Assembly (NCBI GenBank): GCA_003344405.1
Contig: NOWV01000025.1
Location: 186,001 to 250,000, forward strand
Reading direction: 5' to 3'
From: Trichoplax sp. H2
Taxonomy: Eukaryota
Length of the DNA: 64,000 nucleotides
The position numbers were made by a program, and so were the translations under genes. Under the pieces are notes generated by a model, which was not told the origin of the DNA, searched no databases, and was given only the letters and a program-made list of their open reading frames with translations. Below are positions 27,908 through 46,120 of the stretch, piece after piece; positions within the stretch are counted from its first letter, which is position 1, and every line of letters begins with the position of its first letter.

Positions 27908-29573
27908 GTTGAGTTGGGACGAGGGCTCCTTTAGCCAGCAATCTTCAACAGGAAATTTTCTCTTTTCTTAACAGATCGATGCCTTACTTCTCAATACAGC
28001 AAGCCACCTTGAAGTTGAGCATAAGACTACTCGTAGAAAGTGGAAAAAATTAAAGCAACTCGACTTGGTGTTGCCAATGGATTCTCCATCAACATGCTAA
28101 ACCGACCAGTTAGTGGATGGCCTCCAACAAAGGACCCAAGTGGACCGTGGTGGACCGTATCGACGGTATCGTACCGTCGTGACCGTATCCAGCTAGGGTA
28201 GAGCAGTGGACAGAGTGCGCATGCGGCAAGATGCGACTGACCGCTGATGGTTGACGACGTCAACTTGTGACGTAATGGTTGTGTTTGCAACCATCTCCAG
28301 TACTACTATTTGTGTGGACCGATTGGTTTATGGTCATTTCAACCAGACCGTATGCTTGTAATGGTACACTATACTGTCAAAAAAGTTCGAGACAGTCAAT
28401 CGTCCATAAACTACTAATAACGAGAACCAGCCAGGCTAATTAGGCCCATTAAGTTAATTTTGCTGGTTATTTTGGCATTTCTGCTCACTGCTTCTAGTTT
28501 TCTGTCTTTTAGTCGTTTCCTGACTGGACTGCACTGTCGATTGAGATGAGTATAGATGGGCTACTTGGTTCTCCTAGTAGTCCATCCATAATATGCATTC
28601 TGTTAGGAGTAACTGTACTGTCCATGAAGATGAGATTGCACACAATCATCAACTACTTGCTTCTCCTTGTAGTCGACGGTATAGCGTAATGTGTATTCTA
28701 CCCGTCATTTTCTATTGCAGAGGGGGTAAGCAATAATTTAAACAACTTTTGCTCTTCTCCTATGGTCTAATGGACATGAACGACGTTGAGTCCAGACATC
28801 ATGTGCCTGCTGCTGCTGGCCATTTTTACTACTATCCTGGACTTGTGCAGCGAACTGGCTCCTGCAACAAGTTGATTCTGCTGTCTGTACGCCCAGTCGT
28901 CCGTGCCACGCTACAGTGTACAGTATGTTCTTACACTGAAAAGTACTGCACGTGACAGTATACAGTACTGTACTGTATTGTACCGTACAGTGTACGGTGT
29001 AGAGTACAGGACAGAACAGCCCTAGTGTACTGTACACTGTAAAAGTGGCGAAAACTGCAATAGCATCTGCTGGCCTTTGCAGTGATTGCTAGCAATAATC
29101 TAGGACTTTCTTCCACTCAATCTCAAAATGATTCCAAAGCTAGTCCAACATTCCTAATGGAGATGGTCCATGGATGGAGGATAGCTACCGTTCAATAAAA
29201 AAAAGATTGACCAAATGACTCAGGAATGGATTGATTCCTTTGGATTATTTGCAAAGGAAAGACAGTAAGACGATCATCATCAGGGAAAAACCTTCATCTT
29301 GTTGCTCCATCTGCTTAAAGTCAATATTTTTCATGCTAAAGTCCCCTGCAAAAGGCAAGAAGAAAAAGCCTACTATACATTGAGCATATCTCAACAGGAA
29401 AGAGAAAGTACCATCAATATTATTTCATAAACAATAGCTTTCACTACAAATCATGATCGTTGTATAAACTGCTCAACGATAGCCTCAACGATTGAATAAA
29501 ATTCCATCATATAAGGAACCTTACCATTAGAACAGGAAAGAAAAAAATACCGTAGAAAGATTAACCATCAGCA
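27908..29573. promoter_or_regulatory. Divergent spacer GPR89/RASSF with GC-richer patches and a TACAG/CTGTA motif cluster
   Basis: GC-richer blocks at ~28050-28300 and ~28780-29100; dense TACAGT/ACTGTA run at 28912-29041. Confidence 0.5.
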
Positions 29574-30611
29574 ATGGATTGGTGCGATACTTGTTGTCAA
29601 TTCATTCTACCACAGGATCAAATTCAAAGTTTAGGCCGTTATTATCATCGAAATTGTTTCTATTGTGCTCAATGTCGACGCCAACTCCAAGCAGGAAAAC
29701 ATCTACAATTAAACCAACAATTATTTTGCAATCGTTGCTCTAGTTCTATCTTATTGCAGCAATATCATACCAGCAATGATCAAGACGAACAAGAGATAGA
29801 CGACGACAACAACCGTGGTGTTGTTCATTGTAATAACATCATCAATAGCAATCATTCTCACAATTGGCAGGATACATCAGAAAGAGAGAAAAATAATGCT
29901 TATCAAAAGCCGTCCTTAACCCAACAAAACCATAGTCAAATCGATTCCATCAAACAAAGAGTAGAAGAGTATAACATTTATTATGCTCAAAGTCATCATT
30001 TACATTTAACCATTCAAAAACAAAATGATAACATGATTGTCCATGGACTTTTAAAATTCTATTGGCATATCCAATTCCCAACACGTATACTAGATCAACA
30101 TACAACCCATCTTATTACTGATTTAATCGATGTCAATACATCAATTGACAACAACAATCTTGACTATCCTTCTTTCTTACCTCCAATCCATTCATTACAA
30201 CATATTCATATCTCATCGAATTTATCAACCGTCAATGTTATCGCTTTACTATTAGGCAAAAATAAAATTATTCATCATCATCAACATTATGGCCTTTTCC
30301 TAACTTATCATCATGGCTATACACGACAATTAAAAGAGGATGAATATCCACTCTTGGTACGTTTACAAGTTGGCCCTAGTGATGAAGTATGTAAAATTGT
30401 GCTGAAAGAAATGGCTCATGACGATCAACACAACAAATCGATATCGCAAGAAGCGGCTCAATTTATGTGCTTTTCATCCACAGAATTAGAAATTATCTTG
30501 AAACAATACCAAATTGAAGAACAGCGTGAGTCGGAGAAAATTCGTACCAAATATTCCAAGGAAAAAACCTTGATTGAAAACCAATTACAATCGATGCAAT
30601 GCAGCCTATAA
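29574..30611 (+). CDS. RASSF2/4/6-type protein with N-terminal LIM domain (LIM-RA-SARAH), intronless CDS, 345 aa
   Basis: LIM zinc ligands CxxC...HxxCxxCxxC...CxxC at the N-terminus; RA domain (HISSNLSTVNVIALLLGK...LKEDEYPLLVRLQVGP); C-terminal SARAH helix (AQFMCFSSTELEIILKQYQIEEQRESEKIRTKY). Confidence 0.85.
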   Translation: MDWCDTCCQFILPQDQIQSLGRYYHRNCFYCAQCRRQLQAGKHLQLNQQLFCNRCSSSILLQQYHTSNDQDEQEIDDDNNRGVVHCNNIINSNHSHNWQDTSEREKNNAYQKPSLTQQNHSQIDSIKQRVEEYNIYYAQSHHLHLTIQKQNDNMIVHGLLKFYWHIQFPTRILDQHTTHLITDLIDVNTSIDNNNLDYPSFLPPIHSLQHIHISSNLSTVNVIALLLGKNKIIHHHQHYGLFLTYHHGYTRQLKEDEYPLLVRLQVGPSDEVCKIVLKEMAHDDQHNKSISQEAAQFMCFSSTELEIILKQYQIEEQRESEKIRTKYSKEKTLIENQLQSMQCSL

Positions 30612-32087
30612 TATATAAAAAAATAGTACTGAAAAGTAAAATAACCTGGTCATCTTGATCGTGTTGTACTATCAATATTGGCTATAATACGCTTCCTTAA
30701 TTTGGTACTGAGGTTTTATTATTTAGAAAAAAGAGACTGCAGTTACATAAATGGATTATCTATTACACTATATTCTCGGAAAATGATTCAAGAAGAAAAA
30801 ATCTTGATTGAAAAATAGCTCTTTTCATACAATTCACTCTACAAGAAATAGAGACTATAATAAAATAACAAATTATCATTATATTATTATTATATTGTCA
30901 ATAGTGACCCTACTACGCTTCCACTATTCGATATAGAATTTTGATACTTGTGAAAAAAAGGACCGTAGTAAAGTAAAATAAAACTATCAGATCTTTCTTC
31001 GATATTATGATGTCCATATCATTCCTGGATACGTTATGCTTGACATCGTATTCCATTTCTCACTATTAAATGTCCTCTCTTATTGCTATGCAATAGTTTT
31101 CCTATTATACAAAAGATAAATCTTGAACTGTACTTATTGGACATTGACTATAAAAGTTATAAAAAACGCCATTATAGAATGCTTAACTTATACCGATAAT
31201 TTCATCATCTTCTAGCGACATAGTATCTTATTCTTGTGCAATACCATGTTACGAAAAATGCTTGTTTTCTTCTTGCAATAACTATTACTAAATATTAATA
31301 GTTAAACTGTGTCTATCTAGTGACTATCAATTAATTAATAAAAAAATATCTGCGGTTTTTTTTAATGTGAACATACTGTATTCATTTTGCTTTCAAAGTA
31401 GGTAACCGCTGTTTTAGGATACAAATTGGATAACCACAGCGATAATTGATTATATCTTAGGTTATTTTATTCATTTTATCTCATCAGTTAAAAAAGTGTT
31501 TGGTGAGAATGAATTAGAATCGTGTAAACATTTCCATAGACGGAATATTTTATCAATTATAAGATTTCAATGGCTCACAACCGGATAACTTCATAATACC
31601 TAACTTATATCCTTCTATGGATTTCTTTCTTATAAACAAAGTTAATTTATTGCTTGTAAATATGTACAGTGGCGTATGATATATTGATATTGTACGATAA
31701 TCGGCCGGTGATTTCAAGTCAATCATTGAATTACTGGAACAAATTTGATGCTCTTCATATCAAGATTTTAATGTACAGTGCTTAAATATTTTGTATATTT
31801 GCAAACATTCGTAGCTCAGTATTAGAGAACTCAAAGTAATCGACTAACTTTTAGTCTTGCATGCATTGTCTCAGGTTTATAAAACTCATTTTCATGTTAT
31901 AAAATGGTTTCGAATAAACTTTTTGAGCACTTTAGCCAATGGTACAATTTCTACGGTACTCACCTACCTCCGGTTTTTGGTAACTAAAAATAATACATTA
32001 AATAAAACCCTTGTTAGCGATGATCGGAAACCTTGACTGGTGAAGCCTAACTAACTGTACAGTACTCATACATATCGTAGTGGCAAG

Positions 32088-35000
32088 ATGGACTATCAAC
32101 AGTCAATAACGCTGTAATTTTTCTGTATAGTTATAATCAACTAAATCCACCGGAAGGACCAACTTAAAATCTTACAGACTTTGAAATATGGATATGACCA
32201 TACTGAAAGTCTATTACTCAACGATATACCGAACTTGAAATGATTTAGCAACTCCATAGTTTAAATCGTACCACTGTAGTCAAATTATCCTCAGTCCATG
32301 ACTACTATTTCATTATTATCATGACCAATAATTAATTAATAGGGATACTACTATATTATTGATGTCATATTATTTTCGAGTTTGATCCCCTTTCAATTAA
32401 TTTTACTATTAGGAATGTCCTTAGAAGAAAACTAGTAAATGTTACAGATATGTTATAAAAACTAGTCGTTCAAACTAATTTATTGCTCATTGATTACTAC
32501 CGATATTAAGTCTTTTTATTATAGAGACAGTACAGATATTAATTGAATTGTTGAATACTACATGTTTTCAATCATCAATTCAAAATAGATAAATTGGAAA
32601 CATTTTGTTGATAAACATTGGCAATGAAATTCCAGTTTGGTGGACGGGCTTCAATTCTCAATCTTGCTATGATATTTGAAGAATCGAACAACTACAGTTT
32701 AATAGCTTAAATTATTTCTTCATTTTTTCGTTAAAATACTGACGTATAATACTGTACCATAAGTAAGCGTCCCTAATGCGCATACTAACAACAAGTTCAA
32801 GTAGATAATATCCTTATCAATATCTAGATCTACGAAATAGTGATATTGTACTTGACTAAATTATAATGAATAGACGATTTGACGATTCAATCGTCTCAGC
32901 AAAGATTTTATCTCTGCACGACCAATATAACAAGATTGAGGTAAAGCCGTAACATGAATATCTGCATAATATCGAGCCATTAATGTTATTACTATTTTAT
33001 TTTTGAATTCTATTAATTATGACAACTAGAGAAAAATTGATTTTCAGTCAATAGAATTTTTCCTCAATAATTTCACAACATAATATTATTTTTTTAAATA
33101 TTATTTAAGGGCAATATAGTTCTATTTTTATGATTTTTTATATGTATCCTAGATTATTTGGCAAGATCTGATTATTAAAATATGGAAAATATTGCCGATT
33201 ACCTCTTCATATCTTATCTTTTATCCTACCGTGTCTACAATATTATCCATTGTTAATTCATCAATTGATTACACTACTATAATTAATATTAGTCGTGCTG
33301 TTTTCATAATGGATAAAATTGATTCATTGCATTTACTCGTAATAAAACAATAATAATAACGTGCCAATCTCTGTATCTGGTAGTTTGCAGTTAATTTGTT
33401 TAAATTATACAATAATATTAGGATTTGGAAAATAATCCTCATCTTTCTTTACTGTCAAGAGTAAGTAAGTCTTCCTTGTGTTGGCTTATTTTTTACTACA
33501 CTAATGATTGTCTGTATGCTACATTTTAAAAACAAGAATAAAATAATCAAATGTAATGCAGTTAAAAATAATTGTTTATGTTCTGAAATACCATTTCGTA
33601 ATAAGGTTAGTAAATGGACCCAGCTTGCAGTAAATTGTTACATAGAACTCAGATATACAAGGGTTAATAAGAATAAAGATAATTGGAATAATTCTGAAGG
33701 ATAAGGACTAGCTTGGAAAAGTAGGGTTATTTCTTACCGAAATTATGTATTGATTGTTATCCTTGTACCGTTCATGAACATAGCCTAGATGAGACTACTT
33801 AAATTACCCTTTATTATTATTGGTAGTTAGACATCTAAGATTCCTAAACTAGACGATTAATATTACGATGTAAGTGATTACAGTGTAGATTAAAAATTCA
33901 ATTGCGTCAACGTCAAGATCTACAAAAGATTTGTATGATCATAGCAGCCTTAATAAGTATGCATAAAATCCTGCTAAAACACTTTCCGGATAATGTTACA
34001 TCATGTTAAAATCGATTTATAATATAATGTAGAATTTGACTATGAATTTGTAACCTAATATACAAGCATAGCAATTAGGATGGCAATATTTCACCTGACT
34101 AGCTAGAATGATTGGAATAAATGAGAATATAAATCCATTAAAATTTTACAAGGGGTCAAAAGCAAATTATTTAAACGGCAATTGCATATATTTTCACTAA
34201 GTATCGGTATCCTAACCAAATAATGCTAAAAATCTAAACTTAGATTGTTGTAAATATTTGAAGGAAAGTTTCAAGGCTACTTAAAATGTTTTGTCGTTAA
34301 ACGTAATTTTTTTCTGTAGTCCATATTAATCTTTTAAATTATAGGACGAGCAAGCCTAATTATTCAGAGTAGAGAAATTATCAAAGCATAAAAAATTAAC
34401 TACAGCGAATGAATTACGGAAAAATAACCCTAAAGAAGCCAAAATTGTCAGGTTCATATCTTGAATAGTATGGAGATTTCATTTTCTACATTGTCTTAAA
34501 AATTGTTTTATTTTATGTCACTACGACTTTCCTTCAGTCATTTGTTTTTTCACGATCCTAATAGGGAAGATTTTAATGGGCTTGAGTGAAGTGCATATCT
34601 ATCGTTACGTACATATCTCTATAGAATTAATAATAAATATATTCTTCAAATGCTGATAAAAATTTCAGGATTTCTTAGAAATAATAAATTAATCTTATAC
34701 AATTAAGTCAATTCTTAGCTTCGTGCATAATATGTTAAGTATTATTACAATAGCATGTACCTTATTAATGTTTAATTTACTAATAATGACTTTATGATTT
34801 CTAAGGATAAAGTTGAACTTATCCATTAAAGTATTATAAAAATTTTATGCTTCTAATAACAAGTCATTAAAGCTACAATCGAATTAGAGGTTTCGAGAAT
34901 TAGTCACGCCAATTTTCTATAACCTTATAGATGATACTCTTATATGATGATGATGCTGACTAAAATTATGAGAACTCGTACGGAATAAACACTTTAAATG

Positions 35001-38000
35001 CTTACTTAACGTTATAATATCTATTTTGAAAGGTATGAGTAAATTTTAATATTTTACCGACAGTGAATATCATACTGAAAGTTTAGAATATAAATTATTG
35101 AGAATTTGAGATATTCGATCATTCGGACTGTGAGCGAAACTTTAAGTGTATCAGCCATGTTATCTTTATCAATATTTCGTTACTTTTATTAATACTGCTA
35201 GTAAATTCAGTGCTAGTTCAAATTTAAAATCAATTAATTACGCCTTATCAGTCTTAAGTCATCTCATTGTTTGCAAGGCAGGAAAAAATAATGCAGATGT
35301 ATAACAAGTATAAAAGTTTTACTGATATTCAGAAGCTGATTATTTATATTTATGGTATCACGAATAAGATCTGAGTCTTCGCTTCATCTCCACTAAAGTT
35401 ACATAAGATATGATAATAACATATGTAACCCGTAAATATAGGTCATTAAATAATATTCTCTATATAAATTGCTCAGAAGATATCATTTGATATATACTGT
35501 ATAACTATGCAATTTTAAAAAATTAGTTTGCAAATAATTCATAAATAAATTTAATAACATTCTAATTAGAACGTATTATCTCTTATGTATATGAACGTGA
35601 CCGTATGCGAAATCGGTCATTTTGCAAACTGCCCTGTATATGGGTAGACACGCGTATATACTTGTATGTACATCTAATGGAATAATGTTCTAGAAATAAC
35701 AGTTTAGACAATATCATCTTTAGAAACATAAACTATTAAATTCATGAAAATAACTCGCAATTAGAATTGAAAACTATCTATATACTGATATGCGTCCGCA
35801 AAGATAAGTCAAAAGATGCTACATTCTACAAATAAATAATTAAGAATCAAAGGTCATTTTACTAATAAACACTTTATGATACATAAAATTATTTCTCAAC
35901 CATATAGATCAAGTGACAACGTACTCATATTGTTTAATGAATAAAAATCTTCGATTATGTCATCACTCAACCTTATATAATATTATAAGCATTTTATCGC
36001 AATGGTAGAGACTACATCATTACTAGGACCACAAATAAGTTATACATATCCGTGTGCATATAAGTGGTAGATGATCTACATAAATAAATAGGATAGAATA
36101 TGTCATTACTTTACTTGTGTAAAGCATATCGATCATCAAGCTGTTAATTGATGATATATATGCATACCTTATACGGTCAATGACCTATGGCAATTAAATT
36201 GCATAGATCCATCACTTTAACTTTGTATAGCTTATCATAATTATTCATCAAGCAGTTTATTTAAGATTTATAAAGCTCTGATACTTGAAACCATAAATGA
36301 GTTGTAAATATCCGTATACAGGTATATACGCGCATAAACATACGAGTATATCTTTACGGTAAATGATCGATATCTTAACCAATAAATTACGTAGAACATT
36401 CTATTGTTTGAATTGTATAATTCATGTCATCTATCAAGCTTTCAATTGAAAATACATATGTATGCAGTATACGATAAAGGACCTATGACGATTAAATTGC
36501 ATAGAATATTCCATCGTTTTTGATTCTACAATGCCTATCGTTCATCAAGTAGTTTATTGACAATTGATAAAATTGCATCATACCCTGGACCCTAAAGTAT
36601 ACTTTCTATCTACTCGTACACCAGAATATTATAATATAGAAGTCTATTCTAAAATAGACTGCGTAGAATGTATCATCGTTTTGTACACCTATAAAATTTG
36701 TGCTTCAAGTTATGATGCCATACCATCACTTAACAGCAAAATATTATGGCTATTTAATTGTTACAAGGATGAAAGCACATAATCAAACTATTAATTAGGA
36801 AGAGAAAACCTTATTGATGGCTCAATAGATCTATTTTACCGGTCTCTACGCTTATCATCCTTACCATGAAATAACTGGTTAAGATTTCATTAATTCTCCA
36901 TCAAGGTGATTTGGGATAGATAGACTGATCGACGTTGTTATAGCAACCAAATCAATAATGGTCTTCTTCTTCTCGATGGTTACGTAATAATTTTATGACG
37001 TCAAGTAAAGCCAAACTGTATTGATCATTCGATCGATTCTATCCTCCATTTGCTGAAGGATTATAGTTTTCATGCAGGAATGATCATCACTATAAGGTAT
37101 CTATGTCATAGCTAGCGGATCAATTCTAACAAAGATGGAATTGTCCTATTTTATCAATAATTGTAGTCCTGATAATCAGCCATGATAGGCCAATTGCATG
37201 CGATAGAATTGTTTGTTTAATTAGAGGAATCAAGTCAAATTTTTTCCTCCTCATTTTACTTTTCAGTATAGGATAGGTTGAGGGACGACATCAACCGATA
37301 TAAAGGAATAATCGACTAAACAATTTTTTCCAGATATTGATCTATAAGGAAAAACAATCAATTATGACGTCGTTAACTTGGATATGGAAATAAGTTGATA
37401 ACGTCGATGAACGACGATCAATCATCTAGAAAACTATTGTTCTATAATGGGAAAGAACTGAAATAATGTTGAATGGTTTTATCTAGCCAAGAAATCATTG
37501 TAGAAAGAATAAACAACTTTAAAGAAGAAAGGGCAAACAAAGACGAGTATGAAAATAGGTCACATGCATTCTTTTTTATCAAAAAGATGGTATTTATCAA
37601 AGTGGGCTGTATAGTCATCATCCTCATCAAGTAGTAGACCGACTTAGTAATCTATTTTAAGTTAATTATGATCATCCTGTTATTATCTGAATCGATGATA
37701 ATTAAGTATTTCATCAGAGGTACAAAGATATAAATAAAAGATGATAGTTGCATTATGCAGTAGAATGTTATTTTCCCCTTGATTCGATTGGCTACAATCG
37801 CTTCCCGTCATAGAATAATTAACAATCTAGCATGTTGATGACTTTGCTACGATATCGCCACTCGTTCTTCTATACTAATTTGCTGTTGATAATGACAGAA
37901 AAGTTGCCGATCATAGCCCTTATTATTACCGTTGAAAAGACATTTACTTACGATAACTTAAGCTATACTTATCATCATATAATTTAATATGAGTTGGTGT

Positions 38001-38291
38001 CTTGTTTAGTTCAGTCTATACATTTGTTTTTTTCGATTACCCCTCATTTTAGAAATTGAATAAAGTTAGTCTACTGTAGCAGGAATAGAAAACATTGAAA
38101 AGTAATACGGAAAAAGCTGAAAGCATCTTCAACAACATCCATTAGATACGTTGATTACTATTATTGAATTGACACGAACAAGTAACCATCGTTTTCGTCA
38201 TCCAAATCATTTTCCATTGATATATTTGAAGAGAACGGGAAAAGAAATATCGTTAATTCAAGCCAAGCCCGTATTTTCCTGATTTGTTGGG
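32088..38291 (+). pseudogene. Candidate decayed or cryptic multi-exon gene of unknown family (locus B)
   Basis: AG/GT-bordered segments at 32874-32940, 33422-33460, 34345-34451, 34565-34608, 34931-35032, 36799-36905, 37272-37558 and ~38083-38291; several contain TAA or TGA in frame. Confidence 0.25.
35940..36700. repeat. Highly degenerate ~250-300 bp tandem repeat
   Basis: GACCTATGRCRATTAAATTGCATAGA at ~36182 and ~36480; TTCATCAAGYAGTTTATT at ~36244 and ~36541. Confidence 0.6.
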
Positions 38292-38781
38292 GTAAGAAAA
38301 TAATTTTTAAATTTGACTAGACTAAAGATAACTGTTTTGTACGGTTTAAGACAGGAAAACTTTTCATCATTGTCATGCCACGATAGCAAGTCGTCGCTTA
38401 AAAAATAACGATAATTTTCCGTATCAAATAATTGATCGTCAGTCTTGTACTATAGATAAAAACATTCATAATTTGGATTACTTACTTTCTACTTATGTTT
38501 TCAATAAGATGCCATAAGTAGTTCAGTCCGCCATTCATCATACTAATTCTACAATTCATTTCTACTCCTCTTTGTAAATCAATATAGATATTGGCCGAGT
38601 GGAAAGTATTTAAATTGAAAGGCTAATCTTCGCATGTCATTTAAACGTGTAATTGGCTATTTGGAAAAAACTAACCTAGCAATAGAGTAGGAATAAATAC
38701 TTCAAAGGGCCAAAAGTATAGCCGATTACTCATCAGCTAGATAGAATTTACATCGACCAAGTATTAATAAAATTATTCATC

Positions 38782-46120
<7,339 letters not shown>

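Noticed and set aside
28027..29116. ORFs in the GPR89/RASSF spacer
   Set aside because: Low-complexity translations (TVQYSTV) of the motif cluster and GC-richer promoter DNA.
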